64,000 bases of DNA, from positions 32,001-96,000 of the forward strand of contig JBGSUI010000217.1 of the NCBI GenBank assembly GCA_041736175.1. Reading direction: 5' to 3'. The notes beneath the pieces were generated by a model. That model worked only from the letters and a program-made list of their open reading frames with translations. It was not told where the DNA came from and made no database searches. A program made the translations under genes and the position numbers. Below, in pieces: positions 10,595 to 19,882 of the stretch (positions within the stretch are counted from its first letter, which is position 1; every line of letters starts with the position of its first letter). The DNA is from Oligoflexales bacterium (GTDB taxonomy: Bacteria > Bdellovibrionota_B > Oligoflexia > Oligoflexales > CAIYRB01).

Positions 10595-10754
10595 GTTCAG
10601 GAGGGGTCTCGGCGTGAGTCTGTGAATCCGAGTTCGTTGCGAAAGTCTCAATAGTCGCCAGTTCCGTCAGGCGGCTAGTCCAAAACTTGATGGCGGGCAT
10701 CGCCAAGGGCACCAACGGAATGACGATTGGCTTTTTATGGGCCTTCATTTGAAC
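10595..10754 (+). ncRNA. candidate structured 5' leader or ncRNA upstream of carD
   Basis: Several pairable stems found by eye (see findings); no family recognised. Confidence 0.35.
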
Positions 10755-10776
10755 GCTTTATCGAGGGGAAAATCCT

Positions 10777-11262
10777 ATGCAATTTAAAGTCGGTGACAAG
10801 GCTGTCTACCCAGCTCACGGAGTCGGGGTCATCAAACGCATCGAATCAAGACGGATTGGTGAAGTCAACCAAGACTTTTATGTATTGCAGATCCTCTCAA
10901 GCGGCGCCACTCTTATGGTTCCTACGAGCGGGTGCGAAAGAGCTGGGATGAGAAATTTAATTTCGGATTCACAGATCGGGGAGGTTTACGCCATCCTCAG
11001 AAGCCCCGGGAAAGTCAGCCACACCACCTGGAACCGACGGTTTCGAGACTTCAACGACAAGCTTCGAACCGGTTCTGTTGGTGATATAGCTGAAGTCTTA
11101 AGAGACCTATGTTCCCTTCGTGGGGATAAGGATCTATCCTACGGCGAAAAAAAGATGCTCGATAAAGCTCTTGCCATGCTGGTCTCCGAGATCAGTGCCG
11201 CTGCCGGCCGGGATACCTCTGACGTTGAAGGTGAGCTTGGCCAAATGCTCATGCCCCATTGA
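10777..11262 (+). CDS. carD: CarD/CdnL-family RNA polymerase-binding regulator
   Basis: FKVGDKAVYPAHGVG, TWNRRFR, IAEVLRDL, LSYGEKKML. Confidence 0.95.
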   Translation: MQFKVGDKAVYPAHGVGVIKRIESRRIGEVNQDFYVLQILSSGATLMVPTSGCERAGMRNLISDSQIGEVYAILRSPGKVSHTTWNRRFRDFNDKLRTGSVGDIAEVLRDLCSLRGDKDLSYGEKKMLDKALAMLVSEISAAAGRDTSDVEGELGQMLMPH

Positions 11263-11432
11263 TGCAAGGACCACGGTGCCTTAAAAAATAATCCTAGGGC
11301 TACCGGGGACCAAAAGTCTCCTGGTACGATCAAAATTCAGTGCCATGCCAAGTCTTGGCCATCCGGCAACAACCCCAATAAACTTTTGAATCCGATTAAA
11401 TTATGGTTTATTTAAACCTATCTACAACCGTA

Positions 11433-11517
11433 AAAAAGTGTAGGTAAGCTTGCCGGTAACTTTTCAAAATAAACCAATTGCAGTAATCTATAAAGAGCGG
11501 AGCATCGTGGCCGCTCG
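11433..11517 (+). promoter_or_regulatory. two candidate sigma28 promoters upstream of flagellin
   Basis: AAAA-N15-GCCGGTAA (11433-11459) and TAAA-N15-GCCGCTCG (11491-11517). Confidence 0.45.
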
Positions 11518-11611
11518 ATTGTTTAGATTGGCTGTTGTTTCAGGTGAAGCAATGGGGCCTTGAGGGACTCGAGGCCTGATCATTCGACACTAACCCCAGC
11601 AGGACTTGTCT

Positions 11612-12538
11612 ATGGGTTTACGCATTCGAACAAACGTGCAGTCATTGATTGCACAAAGGCACCTCGAAAACTCCAGCACCGATGTGGCAAGGTCTACCGA
11701 GCGCCTTGGGTCCGGATACCGCATCAACCGCGGTGCTGATGATGCCGCAGGGTTTGCCATCTCGGAGATTTTAAGATCGGACATCAGGTCCCTATCCCAA
11801 GCTCGACGTAACACCAATGACGGTGTTTCGCTGATAGAAGTTGCTGAGGGCGGCCTGCACGAAATTGGCAACATCATGATTCGACTACGAGAGCTATCGG
11901 TCCAGTCAGCTTCGGACACCATCGGCGTCCGCGAACGGGGATATCTTAATCAGGAGTTTTTTGCCCTTAAAAACGAGATCGACCGGATTGCTAGTGCGAC
12001 CGAATATAACGGAACAAGGCTCTTAACGGGTACCCAAGAAATGCCCGAAGAGCTAATGAAACACCACAATATGCCACCTCTGGAGATTCAGGTAGGCAAA
12101 GATTACCACACGATCTCCGATAGCCTCGAAGCGCACAACCCTATCAACGTGATACGAATCGATACCTCTAAATTCAACGCATTTACTGAAGGGGAAAACT
12201 CCCTTGGCATCGGTAATACACTAAACGAAGAAGGCACAAGGATCGATTCCAAACAGTCAGCCCAAACGACGATTGGACGGCTTGATATAGCTATGGAACG
12301 AATTGCGTCCTATCGTGCTGATCTTGGTGCTATTCAAAACCGACTGGAAAAAACCGATAAATCCATTGCTATTGCCATAGAGAACTTAAGCACTGCAAAG
12401 AGCCGGATTAAAGATGTTGATTTTGCTCAGGAGACAGCAGCCCTAACCCAAAGCCAAATCCTACAACAAGCTGGCGCAGCCGTCTTAGCCCAAGCTAACC
12501 AACAACCACAGATTGCCCTTAAACTTCTTAATAGCTAA
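11612..12538 (+). CDS. fliC: flagellin (start placed at the ATG of MGLRIRTN)
   Basis: ERLGSGYRINRGADDAAG, LGAIQNRLE, SRIKDVDFAQE, QILQQAG. Confidence 0.96.
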   Translation: MGLRIRTNVQSLIAQRHLENSSTDVARSTERLGSGYRINRGADDAAGFAISEILRSDIRSLSQARRNTNDGVSLIEVAEGGLHEIGNIMIRLRELSVQSASDTIGVRERGYLNQEFFALKNEIDRIASATEYNGTRLLTGTQEMPEELMKHHNMPPLEIQVGKDYHTISDSLEAHNPINVIRIDTSKFNAFTEGENSLGIGNTLNEEGTRIDSKQSAQTTIGRLDIAMERIASYRADLGAIQNRLEKTDKSIAIAIENLSTAKSRIKDVDFAQETAALTQSQILQQAGAAVLAQANQQPQIALKLLNS

Positions 12539-12592
12539 CGGGGTCAGCTTTTAGGGATTCCGGTCCCTAACCACACTCGGCCACAAAGAAAG

Positions 12593-12668
12593 TGGTCGGC
12601 CCAGAGGGACTTGAACCCCCAACCAATCGGTTATGAGCCGACTGCTCTAACCATTGAGCTATGGGCCG
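12593..12668 (-). tRNA. tRNA with anticodon CAU, most likely tRNA-Ile2 (lysidine-modified)
   Basis: Cloverleaf CGGCCCATAGCTCAATGGTTAGAGCAGTCGGCT-CAT-AACCGATTGGTTGGGGGTTCAAGTCCCTCTGGGCCGACCA; C1-G72 paired (not initiator); C4-G69 and C5-G68; downstream of rpoD like E. coli ileX. Confidence 0.9.
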
Positions 12669-12792
12669 CTTGATGCAATGGTAGGATGGTTGTAAAAAAA
12701 ACCAGCGATCCTCGCAACCATTAAATGCACTCCTTCGCTTTTGATGCAAAGGAAGGTGTGCCAAACAAGCTGCGAGAAACCACCCCCACCGA

Positions 12793-15171
12793 CTAACTTT
12801 CGATAAAAGCTCTCAGCTTCTTGCTCCGGGAAGGGTGCCTTAACTTTCTAAGGGCTTTGGCTTCGATCTGGCGTATGCGTTCGCGGGTGACATCAAAGTT
12901 TTGTCCGACCTCTTCGAGTGTGTGATCGCTCTTTTCACCTATCCCAAACCGCATCCTCAGGACCTTCTCTTCACGGGGCGTCAGGGTGGCCAAAGCTTTT
13001 GTAGTCTGCTCAGCGAGACTGTGATTGATCACCGACTCGGAAGGAGAGGATTGGGATTTATCTTCGAGAAAATCCCCAATATGATTGTCTTCTTCCTCAC
13101 CGATGGGGGTCTCAAGGGAGATGGGTTCCACGGCGATTTTCAGGACTTTTCGTACCTTATCAACCGACATCTCCATCCGAGCCGCGATCTCTTCAGGAGT
13201 TGGCTCCCGCCCCATCTCTTGGACCAGGTAACGGCTGGTACGGATAAGTTTGTTGATGGTTTCGATCATATGAACTGGGATTCTAATCGTCCGAGCCTGG
13301 TCAGCAATGGCTCGGGTTATCGCTTGGCGGATCCACCAGGTGGCATAGGTGGAGAATTTATAGCCCCGTCGATACTCGAATTTTTCCACGGCCTTCATCA
13401 GGCCTATATTACCTTCTTGAATCAAGTCAAGAAACTGTAGACCACGGTTGGTATACTTTTTAGCGATCGACACCACAAGCCGGAGGTTTGCTTCGACGAG
13501 TTCACGTTTGGCGTTTTCGGCCCGACGTTGCATATCTGCCAATTCCCGGTAGGTGGATGCGAGCAGATCTGACTGCATGCCACTATCAGAGGTCGTCTTC
13601 TGGATGGCCTCGCTTGCGGCTAAACAGTTTCGTATGATCCTTTGCCATTCCCGTTCACTGGCCTGACCGATGGGTTTTTCGGGGGTTGTCTTAACATGAT
13701 TTAGGAGCACATCCTTCGGTACGCCAACCCTTCGCGAGTAATAAGTGAGGTCCTGTTCTGCTTCTCGCATGGAATTTGCAAATTCGGCCAATCGGTTGAT
13801 TGCAGAAGTCATAAGTTTGCGGTTGATGTTTAATTCGCGAAAGGCTTCGAAAATAGCGGTCATCTCTTCGTCCATCGGCTGGACAGATAGCCGAGGGGCA
13901 TCGGATTTCTTAAGGTTCGCTTCGAAGTCATCCACCAACTTGAGGACTTTTTTGGTGACTTTTTTCATTTTTTCCGCATGAAGCTGCTCATCTTTAGAGG
14001 CTTCATCGTCGTCAAAACCTTTGATAAACCCTTTCATCCTGATTTCATCGGCGACAAATGCTCGGGCAGCATTGACGATAATATCAAGGCCAATCCGCAC
14101 TTGTAGTAGGCGGCCTAGCATTCGATTTTCCTGGCTTTCGATTTTCTTGGCGATCTCCACTTCGCCTTCACGGGAAAGAAGAGCCACGCTTCCCATCTTC
14201 CGCAGGTAAATCCTCACTGGGTCATTGGATTTTCCCAAGGAAGCGTCGGTCAGATCCTCAGTCGCAACCCGTTCCGTATCCACTTCCGGAGTTTCATCGT
14301 CGTCGCCCGCGGTGACACCTTCTTCGACTTCAGGCAAAAGGATATCGTCGTCGCTACCACTGTCGTCATCAGCACTCTTAGCACCTTTACGGGTGCCCAC
14401 CACGGCTTCGCTGACTTCGACGCCACTTTCCTGGAGAGCTAAGACAATTTCATCAATCAAATCGGGCCTAAATTTTATTTTTTGCTGTTGGAGGGCCGCT
14501 TCGATATCTTGGTAGCCAATAGACTCCTTTGAGGATTCGGAAATCTTTTGGAGGTTTTGGATGGCCTTGGCCACCTCTTTGGCCCCGCTATTTCGGGATT
14601 CCCCACCCTTTGCGCCGGTGGTTGATGTTGCGGCAGGTCCATGTCCTGTCCCAGTCGCTCCACCGGTAGGTTCTTTCGATTCACCCTTAGGTTTTCCCTG
14701 CTGTTTGGCCGAGGCTCCATGCTCCGAGCCTTTAGAGGATTTAGAAGATGGCTTAGGCTCGAGTTTAGCATCGGTTTTTGGAGGCGTAGCCTCTTTTGTA
14801 GATTTTGCGGGTTTTTTCGGTGTTTTCTGCATAGATTCTCCCAACTTACCTAGGTGTTTTGGGTGAGTTTCTGGATCACCTTGCATCGCAAGATCCTGAG
14901 AAATTTCCGCGCCCCCCTCCCCATGGCCTTCGGTACTTTGGGGTGTATCGGCAGAGGTTGCAGAAAGGTCCGAAGAGGCTAGCTCGCCCTCGGCGGCGGG
15001 CTTGGATTTGCGGGTGGCCGCATAGCGAGGTTCCGGTGCTCGGACCATGGGTTGAGCCACTGCCTGAGCCATTGGTGCACCTCCGTCGCTGCGGAGTATG
15101 ATCCTTCGATGGGCAGGTTTGTGCTGTTGCTGGGAGGTCGTACTATCTGATTTATTAGTGTTTTTTGTCAT
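12793..15171 (-). CDS. rpoD: RNA polymerase primary sigma factor with long low-complexity N-terminus (start uncertain; ATG of MTKNTNK chosen)
   Basis: [90 protein letters not shown]. Confidence 0.97.
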   Translation of the reverse strand: MTKNTNKSDSTTSQQQHKPAHRRIILRSDGGAPMAQAVAQPMVRAPEPRYAATRKSKPAAEGELASSDLSATSADTPQSTEGHGEGGAEISQDLAMQGDPETHPKHLGKLGESMQKTPKKPAKSTKEATPPKTDAKLEPKPSSKSSKGSEHGASAKQQGKPKGESKEPTGGATGTGHGPAATSTTGAKGGESRNSGAKEVAKAIQNLQKISESSKESIGYQDIEAALQQQKIKFRPDLIDEIVLALQESGVEVSEAVVGTRKGAKSADDDSGSDDDILLPEVEEGVTAGDDDETPEVDTERVATEDLTDASLGKSNDPVRIYLRKMGSVALLSREGEVEIAKKIESQENRMLGRLLQVRIGLDIIVNAARAFVADEIRMKGFIKGFDDDEASKDEQLHAEKMKKVTKKVLKLVDDFEANLKKSDAPRLSVQPMDEEMTAIFEAFRELNINRKLMTSAINRLAEFANSMREAEQDLTYYSRRVGVPKDVLLNHVKTTPEKPIGQASEREWQRIIRNCLAASEAIQKTTSDSGMQSDLLASTYRELADMQRRAENAKRELVEANLRLVVSIAKKYTNRGLQFLDLIQEGNIGLMKAVEKFEYRRGYKFSTYATWWIRQAITRAIADQARTIRIPVHMIETINKLIRTSRYLVQEMGREPTPEEIAARMEMSVDKVRKVLKIAVEPISLETPIGEEEDNHIGDFLEDKSQSSPSESVINHSLAEQTTKALATLTPREEKVLRMRFGIGEKSDHTLEEVGQNFDVTRERIRQIEAKALRKLRHPSRSKKLRAFIES

Positions 15172-15476
15172 GTTTTCCAGAGCTTGCCACATCAGAAAAG
15201 GTTGACGAAACAGCCGAACTTTTAGCTCCCCACTAAGGGTCGTAGAGACTTCATTCGGCCATACAGAACTCAAAAAGTAGGAGGAGCAACAGGCGTGTGG
15301 TAGGTTTTAGTCCCACCATAATTCTATTCCTACAAGATAGCATCTTCACCCCAACAACCACCACTGGGTCAATTCAAAGGTTCCAATCAATAATGAATAT
15401 TCGTGAATTAGGCAAGGATAAACCTAACTGAATCATTAGTCCAGCATTTTGAGAAGCACTTTCGTCCAATAAACAT

Positions 15477-15492
15477 TGGCACGAACTTTGCT
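15477..15492 (+). promoter_or_regulatory. sigma54 (-24/-12) promoter
   Basis: TGGCACGAACTTTGCT matches TGGCACG-N4-TTGCW exactly. Confidence 0.8.
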
Positions 15493-15536
15493 TGAGATCT
15501 TTCGCAAGATTGACTCATGAATGGAGAACAGAGACT

Positions 15537-16739
15537 ATGGAAACTTATATGGCCAGTTACAAGGATAGAATCAAGGCGTTTCATCTACTGATCTGCTTTT
15601 TAACGACTATTGTTTTGACAGGGTGTATCCGCTCTGATCAGCTTCCCTCAGAGTCCTCGATAAAGGCCGATCAAACCAATCCTGGTCTAGTCGACTATCA
15701 AAGCAAATTCCCCGAAATGCCCCTAAGGGTTTATTGTGGCAAAGCTGAGGAGAATTTCAAACCAGTTATACTCCTCGAACGTTATATTCGGTCCCTTGAA
15801 GATCCTTTTTATAAGTCTCGAAATCGAATTCTCAAAAGCTCATACCGCCTGTTTCGGATAGAGTCTGCCGTAGACATCGAGATGGGTGTGTCGAAAATAA
15901 AAAGTGACTATAAAGATGGCTGGTCCTTTTGGCTGGATGATATCGAAGCCCACTATAACTGGACACCCGGTCATGAGGGGATATCTTTTAAACAATCTGG
16001 TGAGGCTATGCCCATCTTCTTATGGTTTTCTTTGAATGAATATCCGCAGCGGCCTTTTTATGCAAAATCCCTAGCACGAAGTGAAAGCACCCATAACCTA
16101 TTAGCTGGTTTGTTTGGATCGAGCGAAAAGGATATCGAGATCCAATGCAAACCTGAAAAGCTAGTATTTGCCCCTCAAGCGCCGGCTATTGACGATGTGC
16201 TGACCCTCGAGTTGGTGCAAAAAAACAGGTCCATACGACGCGTTTCTATGTTTGTGGACCTGCTTTCCCATCGCCAAATCCGCAATGATACCGGAAAAAA
16301 CCTCTTTGCGGGAGATGTGGCTTCAGGTTTTATATTGAAAAGAAAAGGAGAATGTGAGCCCAATGATATCGATATGAACAAAATTGTTGGTTCCCATGTT
16401 TTTGACAAGCAGGGTTTCTTTGTAGGCCAGGTTTTAGAATACAGGGAGGGAGACGGATCCAATATCCTTATTCAGCTGGTCAACGACAATGGTTATGGCC
16501 GATTTTATGCTAAGGGACAGACGGATGCTGGTTGGTCTCCCCAACCGCCGAAATTTCCTGTAGGCACAACATTTCTTATGAGTGAGACGTTTAAGAAGTA
16601 CAAGGAATATATCTCCTCTGATGATTATAAACAAAAATATAATAATCTAAAATCAGCTGAAACCAAAGGTGGCCCTAGCGCCCAGATTTTTAAGGAAAGA
16701 ACCCAAATCAAGATGCTATCGATCAGCCGTCAGCCCTAA
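15537..16739 (+). CDS. hypothetical lipoprotein (start moved downstream of the sigma54 promoter)
   Basis: Long ORF; hydrophobic stretch ending in lipobox LTGC; no recognised domain. Confidence 0.7.
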   Translation: METYMASYKDRIKAFHLLICFLTTIVLTGCIRSDQLPSESSIKADQTNPGLVDYQSKFPEMPLRVYCGKAEENFKPVILLERYIRSLEDPFYKSRNRILKSSYRLFRIESAVDIEMGVSKIKSDYKDGWSFWLDDIEAHYNWTPGHEGISFKQSGEAMPIFLWFSLNEYPQRPFYAKSLARSESTHNLLAGLFGSSEKDIEIQCKPEKLVFAPQAPAIDDVLTLELVQKNRSIRRVSMFVDLLSHRQIRNDTGKNLFAGDVASGFILKRKGECEPNDIDMNKIVGSHVFDKQGFFVGQVLEYREGDGSNILIQLVNDNGYGRFYAKGQTDAGWSPQPPKFPVGTTFLMSETFKKYKEYISSDDYKQKYNNLKSAETKGGPSAQIFKERTQIKMLSISRQP

Positions 16740-16910
16740 AGCCAGTAGCTGTGATTATTGCAACGACCTCGCTATTCCCATATAATCCGAGGTTTTCGTC
16801 TTGAAACCATCGCAAGGCTATCAATTAAGGGCTGGGTTTGCCAATCAAAGGTGATTAGCAATGAGTGGCGGTGGCGAGGGCGAATGGGAACAGGATTGCC
16901 GAAACAACAA

Positions 16911-16933
16911 TTGTGCAACAGCCTGTTGCACAA
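16911..16933. repeat. perfect 10-bp inverted repeat
   Basis: TTGTGCAACA-GCC-TGTTGCACAA. Confidence 0.8.
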
Positions 16934-17064
16934 ATAGGGGGATAACAAATGGTTAATAAGATATTTCAAATAAAATCAGACAGATGCATCGCGTGCGCTC
17001 AGCATAACATTCCTTGTCAGCAATTCCCGCCAGTTTTTTATACCTATGACAGCTTGCCACGGAC

Positions 17065-17097
17065 ATAGTACATAGTATGCTATATACTATGTACTAT
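17065..17097. promoter_or_regulatory. perfect 14-bp inverted repeat, candidate operator
   Basis: ATAGTACATAGTAT-GCTAT-ATACTATGTACTAT, ending 18 bp before the GTG of the wHTH-PRTase gene. Confidence 0.7.
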
Positions 17098-17115
17098 CTC
17101 TGATGAGGGCTTCCC

Positions 17116-18225
17116 GTGGGATACACCATCGATCCAGCGACCCACCTAACGGACGCGCAGCAAAATATCATTAATATTATCATGATATTAGGACAGGCCA
17201 GTCCAAAGCAAATAAGAGACGCGCTTAACCCCCCCTTGGGACCAGTGATGGTACAAAGACACCTGAGAAATTTGGTGGCCAAGGGGATTATTAAAAAATT
17301 CGGACAGGCGCCAAGAGTATATTATGTTGCTGCTTCTATAAAAGATCGCTCGAAAGACAAGATATGGTCTGTCATTCGCAATTTACCTATTACCAACGAT
17401 CAAAACCGCATTTTGGCTGCTACATTTGGGTTTGATGCTGATTTTACTTTGTACCGAGGTGATGAGGCCTTTCGCCACTGGTTTTATGCCAAGCAAGTGC
17501 CTGCGCTTCTAAAACAAAAAAGTAAGAATTCGCCCCAATCTGAGAGAATCATTGAAAACTTCGAGACTATGCTGCAGCGTTATATGGAAATGATTCAGCA
17601 TACTGAGAGTTCTAGAGATCCAGGGCTGAATCTTTTCGATGCAACAGAGAGATACCGATCCATCCACAGCAACCCCTCGCTTACAAAAGTTTTCTATCAC
17701 GATTTTTATTCTCTACCGCAATTTGGCAAAACTCTACTCGGCTATATCGTGCAAAAAGCAAAGATTGGCGAAGAGTCATCGCTACCATATATCAGAGAAT
17801 TAGCGAGTATCATGACCCCAGTGATCCATCAATTGATCGAAGTTTTTAAATGTGATGCAGCAGCATGGGTCCCACATACGCTAAAAAGGATGCATCCACT
17901 TCAAGATATCTTGTGTCGAACTATTGATTTAACAATTCCCAAAATCCCTATTGTTAAGATTATCGTAAAAGATGTTGTGCCACAAAAGACACTTAGTGAC
18001 CTTCATAGGAGACTGGAAAACGCTGACATGACAAATCACGTCGCAGAATCCAAAAATAAGATTTTAAGTTATAAAAACATCATTATTATCGATGATGCCA
18101 TCGGAAGCGGAGCTACGATTGAAGCCATTGGCGCTAAGATAAAAAGAATCAATCCGAAAATCAAAATGATTGCCATAGCACCAGTCGGATCATTTAAGGG
18201 CTTTGATATTATAAAGGACATATAA
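17116..18225 (+). CDS. N-terminal winged helix + C-terminal type I (ComF-like) phosphoribosyltransferase
   Basis: SPKQIRDAL...VQRHLRNLVAKGIIKKFGQAPRVYYV (wHTH); IIIIDDAIGSGAT (PRPP-binding loop). Confidence 0.8.
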   Translation: MGYTIDPATHLTDAQQNIINIIMILGQASPKQIRDALNPPLGPVMVQRHLRNLVAKGIIKKFGQAPRVYYVAASIKDRSKDKIWSVIRNLPITNDQNRILAATFGFDADFTLYRGDEAFRHWFYAKQVPALLKQKSKNSPQSERIIENFETMLQRYMEMIQHTESSRDPGLNLFDATERYRSIHSNPSLTKVFYHDFYSLPQFGKTLLGYIVQKAKIGEESSLPYIRELASIMTPVIHQLIEVFKCDAAAWVPHTLKRMHPLQDILCRTIDLTIPKIPIVKIIVKDVVPQKTLSDLHRRLENADMTNHVAESKNKILSYKNIIIIDDAIGSGATIEAIGAKIKRINPKIKMIAIAPVGSFKGFDIIKDI

Positions 18226-18348
18226 GATTAAAAACGTTGCGTAAGGGGGGCTACTTCGAGCAAACTGGCAGCTCATAGCTGATTCAGCACGTTTGAGGTA
18301 TAATCTCTCCCAGCTCATGAGTCGATTTATGAGACAGATACTTTCGCA

Positions 18349-18570
18349 ATGCTGGAGTCGGGGAAGAAGACCACCCTGCCAGTAGGATTCAACCCTATGG
18401 GTATTGTCGCTGTTCACGGCTGGGGGGAGCTCATGGGAATGACTCCAGCAAAAGTTGTTGAGGAGGCGGCTCTGCGCATACTTGCTGTGTACCTGGACGT
18501 TGATAAGACAGGGGAAAAGATTTGGTCGGAGGTTAAGGATGAGCTAACGCGGCTCCTCAGAGCTGCCTGA
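18349..18570 (+). CDS. possible small hypothetical protein (73 aa)
   Basis: Protein-like amphipathic composition; no clear SD. Confidence 0.3.
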   Translation: MLESGKKTTLPVGFNPMGIVAVHGWGELMGMTPAKVVEEAALRILAVYLDVDKTGEKIWSEVKDELTRLLRAA

Positions 18571-18876
18571 GGCTTCGCAGGCTGAAGTCTAAGAGGCCGA
18601 TCGACTGGGTCAACGTCGGAATTAGTACAACATCAGTTGGCCCAATGCTTTCGGTGGCGGTCCAGTCATCCAAAAATTTAGAGACACTCCCAGCATTGGT
18701 GTATTCCCAGAAGCAGCGAAGACGCGTCAGCGGTCGTAGAGGCCCTAGTTGATCCACAGGTGCAATTGTCCGCTGCGATTTCGATGTCGCAAAAAATTAA
18801 CAGCTCCCTTTGACCCCACCGTAAACAAATCTTATACGAGGAGGCAAGCGGCGAAGATTGTGCTTTATCAAGTCAG

Positions 18877-19464
18877 TCAGAAACCTCCAGGACCACCGAT
18901 AATGTACTCGGAGCTTTTGCCTTGGAGTTTCGCTAAAATTGCTGGCACGTTGTCGTTCGGTCCGTTGATATAGAACGGCTTGCCATCCTTGCCATAGGTG
19001 AATTTGTTTTTGAACGACTTGTCGGCCTCGACTACGTATTTTGAATGCTTCCAATCGCGATTGGGCTCAAAACCAAGTCCGTCCGCATATTCGATAGCTC
19101 CGAGGATCAGACACCGGGCATCTTGGTAGTCAAAGTCCACCCAGGAGTAGGGCGTCCTCGTCCGCATTTCTTCGATTTTTTGGTACTGCATGTTGGCATT
19201 GGCTATCGTGCTTTTCAGACCAAGGCAGTAATAGTCGACAAGATATTGCCCAAACAAATACCGTAAGTTTGGCTGCTGTCGAACGACGAGGATTGAAGCA
19301 AGTCCACATTCTTGCCAGTTCTCCATGATCGAACATTCATAGACGGGAAAACTTTCCGCCTGCTTCAGGAGGTCTATGGGATCTGTACCCGCCAATTGCT
19401 CCTGGCAGCAGAACTTAAATTTCTTACCACTGCCACACGGGCATGGTTTGTAAATTTCTTGCAT
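18877..19464 (-). CDS. SEC-C motif protein
   Basis: N-terminal PCPCGSGKKFKFCC; GGAGAGG SD upstream. Confidence 0.8.
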   Translation of the reverse strand: MQEIYKPCPCGSGKKFKFCCQEQLAGTDPIDLLKQAESFPVYECSIMENWQECGLASILVVRQQPNLRYLFGQYLVDYYCLGLKSTIANANMQYQKIEEMRTRTPYSWVDFDYQDARCLILGAIEYADGLGFEPNRDWKHSKYVVEADKSFKNKFTYGKDGKPFYINGPNDNVPAILAKLQGKSSEYIIGGPGGF

Positions 19465-19882
19465 GAGGCCTCTCCAATCAATTTAGTTTTCCCCAATAAA
19501 CATCGGCATCATACTCAATTCGTACTTTGCCATCTACCTGATTCGTCTCAAAGATTATGGTTACTGGATCATAAGACCATGTACTGCCGTGGCGGCAACC
19601 ATACGGTGGATAACTTGACACTGAAGTGACGAAATCATAACCCTTATGGCAACAAAATCTAAACAAAAAAAACCGGCTTCGTTACCAAAACCGTCGGTGA
19701 TCTGTAGACTGATCTTACCCGCTGCTGGCAGCTTTTTTGGAATGGGGCCGGAATCAATCTTTGAGCCAGCGCAAGGAGGTACGTTCCTTCTCGCTAAAAC
19801 CGCCTGGAGTCGTCCCTCTTAAGGGTTACACCAAGCGGAAGCTGTTGGATAGCGATCTGTAGATGGTTAAATGGACCTCCCA

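Noticed and set aside
12551..12570. Hairpin TTAGGGAT-TCCG-GTCCCTAA as an intrinsic terminator
   Set aside because: The stem is real, but no U-tract follows it on either strand.
12593..12668. tRNA-CAU as initiator tRNA-fMet
   Set aside because: C1 pairs with G72 and the anticodon stem lacks the GGG/CCC run; Ile2 fits better, though elongator Met is not fully excluded.
12901..13440. 179-aa antisense ORF in rpoD and similar shadow ORFs (e.g. 51749-52327, 26423-26935)
   Set aside because: They lie opposite well-conserved genes and have no motifs; expected by-products of codon structure.
16866..16892. TGGCGGTGGCGAGGGCGAATGGGAAC as a relic tRNA 3' end (att site)
   Set aside because: No TTCGAA T-loop match and no matching tRNA in the window.
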